Below the pieces are notes generated by a model. That model saw only the letters and a list, made by a program, of their open reading frames with translations, was not told where the DNA came from and searched no databases. 60,670 nt of DNA from positions 1-60,670 of IMG/VR virus record IMGVR_UViG_3300028596_000012; one strand, written 5' to 3'. This document shows, piece by piece, positions 19,438 to 28,572 of this stretch. Every line of letters begins with the position of its first letter. The first letter of the stretch is position 1. The position numbers were made by a program, and so were the translations under genes. Source of the stretch: a virus (Duplodnaviria > Caudoviricetes).

Positions 19438-19996
19438 CTTCCGCCTCCCCCATGATCCGCTTGAAGATGTTGCCCCAGGAGTCCGTGTCAGCGCTGATCT
19501 CGACGCCGGCCTTGAGCCCGCCCCGGTCCAGCATCGAGTTGAGAGCGCGGATCCGGTCCGCATCCTCCGCGTGCGGGTTCATGGCGATAGCCCGTAGCTG
19601 TCCGTAGTAGGCGTTGGCATCAGCGGCTATCCGCTTGCGCACCTCGTCCATAACGGACTTGCTACCCTTGGCGTGGTCCACGCACCGGTCCGCGCCGTTC
19701 ATCGCCCACATAGGGCAACGCCTACGCAACGGGTTCATGTCCACGTCAAGGATGGGCCCGCCCTCGTCGTCACGGAGTTGGCGCTGAGCGCTACACCGGA
19801 GATGGGGAGGCGGTAGCTGGAACGGGTGCCCGATGTCCTCGGATCGCCCGCTCCAGACCAGGCTTCCATCCTTGTGCAGGAACTGATCCAGGTTGGCCTG
19901 GATGAAGTCCCTGTCTGCTGCTGTGTTGGCCGGGCGGGGCGTGTCGGGGTCAAAGCCCTTGGCCCCGACCGCCTTCGTAGGCCTGCCTCGTACCAT
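19412..19996 (-). CDS. Terminase small subunit (probable)
   Basis: C-C-C-H finger plus helical 'RIRALNSMLDRGG'; upstream of terL; TACACT 7 nt before the ATG suggests a leaderless mRNA. Confidence 0.65.
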   Translation of the reverse strand: MVRGRPTKAVGAKGFDPDTPRPANTAADRDFIQANLDQFLHKDGSLVWSGRSEDIGHPFQLPPPHLRCSAQRQLRDDEGGPILDVDMNPLRRRCPMWAMNGADRCVDHAKGSKSVMDEVRKRIAADANAYYGQLRAIAMNPHAEDADRIRALNSMLDRGGLKAGVEISADTDSWGNIFKRIMGEAEDGHDAANG

Positions 19997-20120
19997 GGGC
20001 GCTAGTGTACGCGCTCCTGGTCGTCGAAGTTGCCCAGCTTACGCCAAGCCCAGACTCCGTAACCAATTGCGAATCCGAGCATCCCAACAGCGAGCGCTCC
20101 CAGGAGCCGTCGGTCGCGCT

Positions 20121-20645
20121 TCACTGGTAGGTTCCCGTGCATGTGGCTACGGCGTAGGCGCCTATTGCCTCGCAGGGAAAGGACTTCTCGCCGAAGGAGA
20201 TCTTGGCGGTGATCTTCTGCTTCGAGGATCCGGTCTTGTCCTGTGCCACCATGGATGCCACGACCAGCCCGTCGAAGGGGCCGAGGGTCCTCGTCCAGGG
20301 CAACACGGCGTCGGTCTCGCTACCGCCGGAGCCGTTGATATTGAAGGAGATGTCGGCCTTCCCGATGCCCTCCACCGTCAGCACGATCGGAGGAGACGTA
20401 GAAAGCTTGTTCGCGTAGTTGGAACTCTCCACTATAGGATCTCCACCCGCTTTCGGGGCCGAGGAGGCCAGGATAGCCACCGCACCCAGCCCGCACAGGA
20501 GGATCGACCCTATGAGAATGATCCCCGCGACCAACACCGTCTTGTTGCGGCGCCTCGGCCTGAGCTGCGGAGCCGGTCCGACCCATCCCCGCTCTGTGTA
20601 GGCCGGGTCGCGCGGCGGCCCGAATTCCCTGTTGTCCCCGTTCAT
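20121..20645 (-). CDS. MmpS-like single-pass membrane protein
   Basis: Transmembrane helix, then a beta domain with LPWT and a C-terminal Cys pair. Confidence 0.6.
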   Translation of the reverse strand: MNGDNREFGPPRDPAYTERGWVGPAPQLRPRRRNKTVLVAGIILIGSILLCGLGAVAILASSAPKAGGDPIVESSNYANKLSTSPPIVLTVEGIGKADISFNINGSGGSETDAVLPWTRTLGPFDGLVVASMVAQDKTGSSKQKITAKISFGEKSFPCEAIGAYAVATCTGTYQ

Positions 20646-20658
20646 TGATGCTCCTCAG

Positions 20659-20871
20659 TTAGACGACAGCGTGCCTTGGAACGTACTCCGGGGTCCGCGC
20701 CTTCTTGTGAGAGCAGTGGCCATAGACGCCAGCCATTGGATCCACGGGACAGCTGCACAGTCCAGCCACCTCCTGGACCTCCGGCGGTGCCGAGTCCGCC
20801 CAGTTCAACAACTTGAAGAACAGGAACAGACTTCCGTACAGCGTTAGCGCAAACAGCATGGCGGTGACCAT
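20659..20871 (-). CDS. Small membrane protein
   Basis: AAGGAG RBS, N-terminal hydrophobic helix. Confidence 0.5.
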   Translation of the reverse strand: MVTAMLFALTLYGSLFLFFKLLNWADSAPPEVQEVAGLCSCPVDPMAGVYGHCSHKKARTPEYVPRHAVV

Positions 20872-20973
20872 TGCTTCTCCTTAGATAGCACAGACCCCCG
20901 GGCCAAAGGTACCGGGGGTCTGGCTCTGCCGCTACTGGACCCGCCTGCCTTCCCCAACAGGGCTGCCAGAGCG

Positions 20974-21165
20974 CTAGCTGTTGATCGGCCGTCCGCGCTT
21001 CCCGCGCTTGACTGCCTTGACGGGCGGAACGGGACCGGTGTTGTCCACGGGTCCGACGCGCGGCCCCTTCGGGGAGCCGGCGAGGTTCTGGCTCTGCACC
21101 GTACGCAGCTGCTTGGGCAGGTCCGGGTCGTTGGGGGCCAGCTTGTTTCCGAACTTGTTTGCCAT
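20974..21165 (-). CDS. Small basic protein
   Basis: Start MANKFG with GAGG RBS; K/R/P-rich. Confidence 0.6.
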   Translation of the reverse strand: MANKFGNKLAPNDPDLPKQLRTVQSQNLAGSPKGPRVGPVDNTGPVPPVKAVKRGKRGRPINS

Positions 21166-21178
21166 CAGGCGAACCTCT

Positions 21179-21424
21179 CTAGGCGAACCGCCCCAGGCGG
21201 TCACGGATGAACTTCTGCCCCGACTTGGAGGAGACTGTTGCGCCACCCTTGCCGGTCCGCGCGCCGTGAGCCTCCAGCCCTCGCCGAATGGCGTCCTTGT
21301 CATACCGGCTCTCGCCGACCCTTCGGGTCGTGGGCTTGACGGCAAGCGAGGTCCGGCCGGCGACCGCACCGGCTCGGGGCATCTTAGACAGATCCCCGAA
21401 TGGAGACCTTCTCTTTCCAGCCAT
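21179..21424 (-). CDS. Small basic protein ending in RDRLGRFA
   Basis: GAGGAG RBS; very Arg/Lys-rich. Confidence 0.65.
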   Translation of the reverse strand: MAGKRRSPFGDLSKMPRAGAVAGRTSLAVKPTTRRVGESRYDKDAIRRGLEAHGARTGKGGATVSSKSGQKFIRDRLGRFA

Positions 21425-21432
21425 GGCTCTCC

Positions 21433-21618
21433 TCAGCCTCCGCGCCGCTTGCGGGTGCGTGCGGCCTTCTTGGCCATTCTAGACCGCCCCGCCTTCGTCT
21501 TTCCGGCGTTGGCGATTCGGGCTGCGCCCTCCTTGCCGTACTTGCCGACCAGCTTCTTGTAGACGTCCTGACGGCTCTTGTATACGAACCCATACTTCCC
21601 GCCCCGGTCGCTGACCAC
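21433..21618 (-). CDS. Small basic protein
   Basis: GGGAGG RBS; KEGAARIANA motif, K/R-rich tail. Confidence 0.65.
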   Translation of the reverse strand: MVSDRGGKYGFVYKSRQDVYKKLVGKYGKEGAARIANAGKTKAGRSRMAKKAARTRKRRGG

Positions 21619-21777
21619 GAGGCCCTCCCTTCCAACGCTAACGAGTTGCGACTACCGTACCCCAGGAAGGCTTCGGGTTAATGCACGCAGCCACGTACGC
21701 GTGGAGCTAGGCACCTTACTCGGTGGGAAGGCACGGGTCCTCGTACCCGTGCATCCTCCCGCAGCTAATGCAGCGGA

Positions 21778-22011
21778 CTAGCCCCACCAAACTTCTCCGG
21801 CCTTGGTCTTGGCCTTGTGCTTCCTGGCCCTGTGGCCCTTTGGCCGGCTGCACTTGAGCTTGTTCCCCAATCCGTCCTTGCGAGACGGGTGCTCCGCCCC
21901 GCAGAGTTCGCCAGAACCCAGCTTGGCGTACCCGCCCCGGCGGGCGGCTCGAGCCGAGGGCAGGTCTCGGGTCGCCTTCTGCTGGGTCGGGTTGTAGTCC
22001 AGACGGCTCAC
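21778..22011 (-). CDS. Small basic Cys/His protein
   Basis: C..H...C....H...H pattern, basic. Confidence 0.55.
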   Translation of the reverse strand: MSRLDYNPTQQKATRDLPSARAARRGGYAKLGSGELCGAEHPSRKDGLGNKLKCSRPKGHRARKHKAKTKAGEVWWG

Positions 22012-22117
22012 TTACGCCTCCACAGACGGCTCCAGGGCTTGAGCTCAGCGCCCGCCACTATGGCCATGGCCAAAAGGGACGTGAACCCAATAGCCATAGT
22101 GGCCCATTCCAAGGCGC

Positions 22118-22426
22118 TCATTCCGCCTCCACGGGCAGGCCCTGAATCCGGGGGATCGGAACTGTCTCGGGGTCGTTCTCCAGCTCGATCTCCTTGCGCC
22201 GCCTAGCAAAGGCGGCCTCGGCCTCGACGTCGTTGAGCGTCAGTGGCCCGGCGTACCCGCCCAGGGCGGCGGTGCCCGGCGGATCCGGGTTGGTGAACAT
22301 GACCTCCATACGTTGCTCGTCGACGGTGAGCCCCTCGCGGTCTTTGCGGGTCTCGGGGTCAATGAGCCCCGGTCCGCCAGAAAACTCGCCGTGGTTTTTG
22401 GGGATTGAGCTAGCCGTGTATGCCAT
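22118..22426 (-). CDS. Hypothetical acidic protein
   Basis: GGAGGGG RBS before ATG 22426; first gene downstream of the ori-like region. Confidence 0.6.
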   Translation of the reverse strand: MAYTASSIPKNHGEFSGGPGLIDPETRKDREGLTVDEQRMEVMFTNPDPPGTAALGGYAGPLTLNDVEAEAAFARRRKEIELENDPETVPIPRIQGLPVEAE

Positions 22427-22459
22427 TATTTTCCCCCTCCAATGCACAAGATTTTAGCC

Positions 22460-22828
22460 GAAAAGACGACAAGACGACAAGACGACTTTTTCCCGGAAAT
22501 ACCCCCCGGGAAAAACGCGACCCCGGAAGATCTACTACGACCGTAGTGGTTGATCCTTCCCCGCGACTAGTTTCCTTTTCTATTCGTCTTGTCGTCTTAT
22601 AAGAAGAAAAAAGGAAAGGTTTGCCCTGGTCAAGCCCACAAGACCAATATCAAGACGAATACCCCGACAAGACGATTCGGATTCGTCTCGTCTACTACCA
22701 TTCAGCTACTCTCAGCAATCTGCATTCCTTCTCCGTAGCTAATCAATTACCCAATAATCGCTAAGTAGTCACTCCGTTACTTCGTCTCGCCGTAAGACGG
22801 TATCCGTCTTGTCGGATTAGTCTCGTAG
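22460..22828. repeat. Iteron-like AAGACGAC repeats with an AT-rich core; putative replication origin
   Basis: Three tandem 8-mers at 22463-22486, inverted copies at 22584-22598, further copies at 22651-22675 and 22794-22814; non-coding and next to the primase/helicase gene. Confidence 0.65.
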
Positions 22829-25546
22829 TTACCGGAGAGTAACCGATCCTTGCTTAACCCGGATTCCAACCCGGACTCGGACCTGCTTACCATCGATGTA
22901 TGTCCTATCAATTGGATATCCGGCCTGTGTAAGCTTCCTTCCGAAGGCCACTTTATGGAGCCGATCCTTCTCTCCGACGTCGTTCGTAGCGCACCAGGTC
23001 TGGTAAACCTCGTACAGATCATCGAACGGGGTAGCCGCCACCGGGTCCCGATCAAACACCTCGGCGATCATCTCGGAGAAGTCATTGATAGTGTCGCCAA
23101 TCTCTGCCAACTGCTCCAGTACGGAGTCGGGCATATCCGTCAGCGACTCGTCGGCTAGCCACAGCTGCCAGCCGGCGACCGCCCAGGCGAGGATCGCCTC
23201 CAGGACCTCGGGGGCGCGGAGCTTGCTCTTATATAGGCCATCCTCCTCATCCTGGGACACCTGCTGGGTAAAGGGGATGTTGCGAAGTCGCCGCATGAGG
23301 GCGGGATCCGCGCCATCGATGGTGGGCGTGTTGTTCGTGGCGATCCATGGCGTGAACGCCGGTACGCGGCTGATGTATCCCTTCCCGTAAACGCCGCGCG
23401 CCTCCCACATCCCGTTGCCCGTAGCCCGCTTTACCTGATCGGCGTGCAGGTGCCAGGCGGACGAGACCTCCTCCGCCATGATGAAGCGCTTCGGCAGCGC
23501 TTCGAGCACATCTACCCGTGGGCGCTCATCCTGCGAGGCCCGGAACAGCGAGAGGTTGAACGTAGAGGCGTACCCGCCCAGGGCGGTACGCAGCGCTTCC
23601 GCGAAGGTGGTCTTACCGGTAGAGGTCTTGCCCTTGCAGATGATCAGCGCGCGCGCGGGATTCTCGCCCTGGAGCGAGTACCCAGCGAGCTTCTGTGCCC
23701 AGGCGCGGATCCCCGGATCAGGCAGGAACCGGTCCAGGAACTTCTCCCACAGCTCGTGCTGGGCCCCGGGCACGTACCGGACGCCCGTGGAATACCTGAA
23801 GTAATCCTTGCGGTCTACATCTCGGAACCCTGTTCCATCCATCTTGAGCTCCACGACGCCGTTAGCTACGTGGAGCACATTCATGTTGGCGTCGAACCGC
23901 TCGCCATCTACGGCCACGCCCTTTAAGCTGCGCAGGCCCTTGATAGCGGCGTTCATCTTGTCAATGTTGGAGGACTTGGAAATGAAGCCGATGAACTTGA
24001 GGCGGATGTCATCCTTCTCGATGAAGTTGGCCTCAGCATCCATGGCCCGGACCATATCCATAGTCTCCGCGAGCATCTGGATGCCTTCGGGGTCCGGCCT
24101 CCACAGCCCGTCATCCGCCTGCCAGACATGCCAACCACCTAGCGGTCCGCACCAAATAGCATCGAGATCCTCGCCGCCTAGGTGTCTCCGCAGGCGCTGA
24201 GCGTTTCCGATGTCGTCCTGCTTGAAGTCGAAGGCGCTGCTTCCTCGACCTTTCCGACCAACGCCTTCATCCAGGCCGCCAGAGCCGCGCCCCGTTCCAG
24301 ACCCCGAATTATTGCCTCCACCTCCGTCATTGGCGTTTCCATGGTTATCCCTAGCGCCACGACCGGCGGTGGCAAGCTGGGAGCAGGGGTCTTCCTCCTC
24401 ATACGTCTCTCCTCCATCCTCATCGGTGTACTCGTTGATGATCTTCCCCGCGCCGTCACGCAGGATCCGCCAAAACTCCAACTTAGCTTGGCGTTCCGAG
24501 CGCCGTACCTTCACGGCCTCCAGGAAGGCAGCCTTGATCCGGCCGAGAGCCTTAGCTACGCCGTAGTGCCCAGAGGCGGAGTCCCCCATAACCGCCCACA
24601 CAGCATCACGACACCCGTCGTGCGCTCCGCCATCCTCCCCGGCCGTCCTGATCACGGCCAGGTGCCGGGTAAGCGTCCGCTCCAGTTGCGGACAGATACC
24701 AGACGCGTAGGCGCCCCCGACGCTCCGCCGGTCGCGCGTAGCGGCCCACTCCCGTACCTCGTCGGCCGTAGGTGCGCCGTCCGGCCCTACCGACCCGCTG
24801 CTCGCCCACTGCCGGCCTTCGGTGAGCCCGGATACCCACCCATCCGGCATATCGGGGATCTCGTCGGGGCTAGGCAGCTCGAACTCCGCGTTGGGATCCA
24901 GATCATCTACATCCTCGGGCTTCCATGGCAGCCGGATAGTCCGGCCGTCCGGCGTTACCCAGAAGTACTCAGCGAACGGGGCCTTGTCGTGCTGCGATGG
25001 GCCAACCACCATGTACCGGTGGTCCCAGCGGATGAGGTCTATGCCGCCGGTAACGGGCGGGGCGCCCGATGCACTACCGTTACTCGCAACACCTCCCCCA
25101 TCTGTGATGCCCCAGGCCTTGGCGGCCTTCCCCAGGTTGCCCGGCCAAGCCAGGCCCTCGGGTACGCGGTAGAGGTAGATGCCGCTCAGCGGCGAGCCGG
25201 CCTTGGAGCTTGACTTCCATGTGGGCGGGAGCGTGCCCCACTCGGCTACGGCGCGCTTATATGTTGCGGCGCCTGCCTTCCCGGAGTGCGCATCGACGTC
25301 GAGGCCGATGATGTCCTTGGGGAGCCGTAGCGCGATGTTGCCGGGCGGGTACGCGAGCTTGCCCACGTGAACTACGGCACGCGGCTGAGTCCAGGCGCGC
25401 ACCTCCTCGGCGGTAACGTAGCGGTCGCCCGCCTTTGCGCCGGTGTAGCCTTCCGGTACGGGATCCTTGGAGCGTAGGTTGAGCGGTATGGGGCTCCATC
25501 CGAGCGCCAGGTACTGACGTGCCCACGCCTTGTACGGCGTAGTCAC
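22829..25546 (-). CDS. Bifunctional primase-polymerase / SF3 (D5, P4-like) helicase
   Basis: N-terminal NIALRL..IIGLDVD; DIGNAQRL; Walker A GKTSTGKTT; ATNNTP...DPALMRRL; GTG start overlaps the upstream stop. Confidence 0.92.
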   Translation of the reverse strand: MTTPYKAWARQYLALGWSPIPLNLRSKDPVPEGYTGAKAGDRYVTAEEVRAWTQPRAVVHVGKLAYPPGNIALRLPKDIIGLDVDAHSGKAGAATYKRAVAEWGTLPPTWKSSSKAGSPLSGIYLYRVPEGLAWPGNLGKAAKAWGITDGGGVASNGSASGAPPVTGGIDLIRWDHRYMVVGPSQHDKAPFAEYFWVTPDGRTIRLPWKPEDVDDLDPNAEFELPSPDEIPDMPDGWVSGLTEGRQWASSGSVGPDGAPTADEVREWAATRDRRSVGGAYASGICPQLERTLTRHLAVIRTAGEDGGAHDGCRDAVWAVMGDSASGHYGVAKALGRIKAAFLEAVKVRRSERQAKLEFWRILRDGAGKIINEYTDEDGGETYEEEDPCSQLATAGRGARDNHGNANDGGGGNNSGSGTGRGSGGLDEGVGRKGRGSSAFDFKQDDIGNAQRLRRHLGGEDLDAIWCGPLGGWHVWQADDGLWRPDPEGIQMLAETMDMVRAMDAEANFIEKDDIRLKFIGFISKSSNIDKMNAAIKGLRSLKGVAVDGERFDANMNVLHVANGVVELKMDGTGFRDVDRKDYFRYSTGVRYVPGAQHELWEKFLDRFLPDPGIRAWAQKLAGYSLQGENPARALIICKGKTSTGKTTFAEALRTALGGYASTFNLSLFRASQDERPRVDVLEALPKRFIMAEEVSSAWHLHADQVKRATGNGMWEARGVYGKGYISRVPAFTPWIATNNTPTIDGADPALMRRLRNIPFTQQVSQDEEDGLYKSKLRAPEVLEAILAWAVAGWQLWLADESLTDMPDSVLEQLAEIGDTINDFSEMIAEVFDRDPVAATPFDDLYEVYQTWCATNDVGEKDRLHKVAFGRKLTQAGYPIDRTYIDGKQVRVRVGIRVKQGSVTLR

Positions 25547-25797
25547 GCCTCGGCTCCCCAACGCCCGACCGTCGGAAGGTCTTCCGCTGCAACCCGTGCA
25601 CGCTGGGCGGAACCTTGGGCGGAACCAACAGGTTCCCTACGCCTACGGCGCTGCTCAGTGACGTACCCCCGGAGGAGCAGATCTCGGAACAAAGCATCGT
25701 GCGCGCAGCCATCCGTATCTGCCCACTGCTGAACCTCCTTGATCACCTCCTCCGGTAGGCGGAAGTCAACCTTCGGCCCTATCAATGGCCTTGGCAT
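25543..25797 (-). CDS. Ribbon-helix-helix DNA-binding protein
   Basis: MPRPLIGPKVDFRLPEE...LFRDLL pattern. Confidence 0.65.
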   Translation of the reverse strand: MPRPLIGPKVDFRLPEEVIKEVQQWADTDGCAHDALFRDLLLRGYVTEQRRRRREPVGSAQGSAQRARVAAEDLPTVGRWGAEA

Positions 25798-25862
25798 ATA
25801 TGGCCTCCCGTGAATAAGCGCTAGCGTTTTAGCGGAAGATCCGTAGCCTACGCCGGTCCGGC

Positions 25863-26540
25863 CTAGGCCCCGTAGAGGGCGGTATCGTAGGTAAGCGTCT
25901 GCTCCCCAGGAGCCAGAGGTACCAACGTATATCCGCCGCCTTGGTTCCTGGGGGTGCGGCGGGCTATCTTCTCCCGCTGGGCAAAGGTGAAGCAGTGCCG
26001 TAAGGCGTCGCGTGCGTGCGGCCGGCTGGCCGTCGCGCTCAGGTACCCGCCCCGCACAGCCGGATCCAGCGCAGCATATGCATCGATATCGCGTAGCTTG
26101 CTGTCGGGTACCTCCCCGAGAGCCATGGATGGCCCCTGCTCGGCGAGCCGGCGACGCGGGCGCATATTATATAGCTCCTGCTCCATGGCAGCGTTGAACC
26201 GTACGGGTTCTAGCAACGTAGGGTCCATGCGGTACTGGCGGAGCGTGAAGCTTTCCGCTACCACGGCCAGGCTGTCGAGGGGCGCCCAGTCGCCTTTGCC
26301 GACACCGGGGTACTGCGGCGCCCAGGCTTCCACTAGCGCGATAGCCTCCGCAACCTGGGCGGGTCGTGGACCCATGTACTGACCTGCTGCCCAGAAGGCC
26401 ACGTTGTCTACCAACGTCTGGCCCCGAAACATGAAGTAGCTACTGCGCACGCTCAGCACTGCCCAGCCAGTAGTACCACCGCCATCGAAGCCAATAACGT
26501 TCCATAGACCGGACTCCAGCCCGGTTACGAGCACCCCCAT
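25863..26540 (-). CDS. RuvC-like Holliday junction resolvase
   Basis: IGFDGGGTTGWAV, VVAESF and HARDALRH catalytic motifs. Confidence 0.8.
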   Translation of the reverse strand: MGVLVTGLESGLWNVIGFDGGGTTGWAVLSVRSSYFMFRGQTLVDNVAFWAAGQYMGPRPAQVAEAIALVEAWAPQYPGVGKGDWAPLDSLAVVAESFTLRQYRMDPTLLEPVRFNAAMEQELYNMRPRRRLAEQGPSMALGEVPDSKLRDIDAYAALDPAVRGGYLSATASRPHARDALRHCFTFAQREKIARRTPRNQGGGYTLVPLAPGEQTLTYDTALYGA

Positions 26541-26745
26541 GGTCACTCCTCTATCTGGTCGCGCAAAGCCAAGCAAAACTGAAGCAAAGCCAAATATATC
26601 TGGGTTGCCGAACCGCCCGCAGCCGGTAGCCACGGGCGGTCCCAGGTTTCGCTACTTAGTTGTGTGTGCTACCACTGCGTCGTGTAGATGTCCAACTCTT
26701 TCTTGTCGTTGGCTCTCCACCACTTCCACAGCTTCGCCAGCCACT

Positions 26746-27033
26746 TCATCTCTTCGTCGTCCTGACTGGTCCGGGCGTACGCGGAGCCGTGGTGCCGCGC
26801 GTGTTGGCCGGCCTGGGCGTAGAGGTACGGCGCAGCCGACTAGGGTCGCAGTCGGAGTCCCCCTCGGCCATATCGTCGGCGTCGCAGTCCTCGTACTCGA
26901 TGGGGTCGGTAGGCGGAGGGTCGTCGTCACTCCAGTTGCCACAGCCCGAGAAGGCGGCTCCGCCTCCGCCCGCCAGCGCCGCACTCAACCCGCCCCACAG
27001 CGCCGCGCGCCGCAGGAAGCCGCGCCTATCCAT
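26746..27033 (-). CDS. Putative Tat-exported lipoprotein
   Basis: DRRGFL twin-arginine motif, hydrophobic stretch, lipobox-like FSG-C. Confidence 0.6.
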   Translation of the reverse strand: MDRRGFLRRAALWGGLSAALAGGGGAAFSGCGNWSDDDPPPTDPIEYEDCDADDMAEGDSDCDPSRLRRTSTPRPANTRGTTAPRTPGPVRTTKR

Positions 27034-27066
27034 GGCAGGAAATGCATAGCAGCCAGCAGATCCAGC

Positions 27067-27435
27067 TCATGATCTCATCACCACCGCTCCCAACTCAACC
27101 TTCGCTTCCTGGACCAGGATGGATGAGCTGTCCCGGTCCGACGCCAGCGCCCGCTCCACGGCGCGCCGAATGGCCTCCCGGGACTGCGGCGTATCCACGC
27201 AGCTGCCCCGGATGATCAGCTCGAAGTTGCACCGGCCTTCCTCGGCCGGCTCGTCCTGCCCGTCGGCGGGCGGTTCAGTCGGGTACGGATCCCCCGGCCG
27301 CACGCCCTGTGGGCGGAGTCCGGCCGGGTAGTGTTCGCCCTCCCGCACCCGCTTGACTGTGGGGCCGTGGTTCTCGTCCTTCGGCCATCCGCTTCCCCGG
27401 TCGGACATGCCGTTGGGCTTGTGTACATCCGCCAT
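27067..27435 (-). CDS. Hypothetical protein
   Basis: AGGAG RBS before ATG 27435. Confidence 0.5.
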   Translation of the reverse strand: MADVHKPNGMSDRGSGWPKDENHGPTVKRVREGEHYPAGLRPQGVRPGDPYPTEPPADGQDEPAEEGRCNFELIIRGSCVDTPQSREAIRRAVERALASDRDSSSILVQEAKVELGAVVMRS

Positions 27436-27443
27436 CTGATCTC

Positions 27444-27866
27444 CTAGTCCAGCAATCCGATGAGGCCTGCCCCCATCACCAGCATGCTCCAGCCCATCAG
27501 TATCAGGTAGCACGCGGCAGCCATCTGCATCCACCAGCGCCACCCATTGTTCCAATCCGAGCCTCGTACGGTTCCGCCCGCGTAGCGGTCCGCTGTCCCA
27601 ACCGTACGTCGCACTACGCGGCTTCGCATAGGCATACGCACAACTACCCTCGCCCCGGGGCTCCTGCGTCCGTCTCCGTGCGACGTAGCAGACACCGCCA
27701 CCCACAACGCGGGGTCGTCGGGGTCCCGACGCCGGAACCACCGCCCGCCCACGCGCGCCTTCGGCTCGATCAGCGTTGCGGCCGGGTTGGCTTCCGGGGT
27801 GCCGGGCTCCGGGGCGGGACGTCGCTTGGTGAACGTATCCTTGGCCAGACGGGAATCATAGGTCAT
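27444..27866 (-). CDS. Hypothetical protein with a C-terminal transmembrane helix
   Basis: Tiles the operon; hydrophobic C-terminus. Confidence 0.5.
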   Translation of the reverse strand: MTYDSRLAKDTFTKRRPAPEPGTPEANPAATLIEPKARVGGRWFRRRDPDDPALWVAVSATSHGDGRRSPGARVVVRMPMRSRVVRRTVGTADRYAGGTVRGSDWNNGWRWWMQMAAACYLILMGWSMLVMGAGLIGLLD

Positions 27867-27870
27867 GGCC

Positions 27871-28572
27871 TCAGCTCACGCTCCCCGCGTTGGGTGGAAC
27901 GTTGGCCTCGGACTCGTTTTCGTCATCCAGGTATCGGAAGCCCGGCAGCGGTGCAGGTTCGGGCTCGGCACAGCCCTTGCACCGGCAGTTGCCCGAGTGC
28001 CGCCCGCCCGGAGGCAGCAGAGGCTCCATCGGCGGGTTGCCCATCGTACGATGTTCGGCGCCCAGGTAGCCCTGAACCGTATCGTCCTTGAGCTTCTCCC
28101 GGCGCGCGTCCAGGTCGACGACCGCCCGGAGCGCCATGGCCGCAACCTGAACCAGTTCCGCCTTGAGCCGGTCGTGCGCCTCCTGCGGGCCGTCGGAGGG
28201 GTCCTTGCTGTTGCCGGTCTCCGCCCCGGCCTCCAGGAACTCCTCGGCGATGACGTCGAACCAGGTTGCGGTACCGTTCCGTAGCTCCGCGTCCACCACG
28301 GCGCGCTGGATCTGCGACGCGACGCCGATGGGGCCTGTGATCATCCAGAACCGCCCCGGTCCGCCGCCCCACGGCAAGCTCTGGCCGGGGAACTTGGTGG
28401 TGGCGCGCTTGAGCTCGTCCATCACGGCGTACATGAGCTCCGCGTACTTCATCTGTTCACTGCTGAATGCCTGGGTTTCCATTGCGCCTCCTGGGCTAGG
28501 TTTGGGCGCCCGGTGGGCGATGTGCGGCCCACGCCGAGCGCAGAACGTGTCGTTGCAAAGGTCTGGATCCAT
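27871..28572 (-). CDS. MazG-like nucleotide pyrophosphohydrolase
   Basis: VIAEEFLEA...LKAELVQVAAMA all-alpha NTP-PPase motif. Confidence 0.7.
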   Translation of the reverse strand: MDPDLCNDTFCARRGPHIAHRAPKPSPGGAMETQAFSSEQMKYAELMYAVMDELKRATTKFPGQSLPWGGGPGRFWMITGPIGVASQIQRAVVDAELRNGTATWFDVIAEEFLEAGAETGNSKDPSDGPQEAHDRLKAELVQVAAMALRAVVDLDARREKLKDDTVQGYLGAEHRTMGNPPMEPLLPPGGRHSGNCRCKGCAEPEPAPLPGFRYLDDENESEANVPPNAGSVS

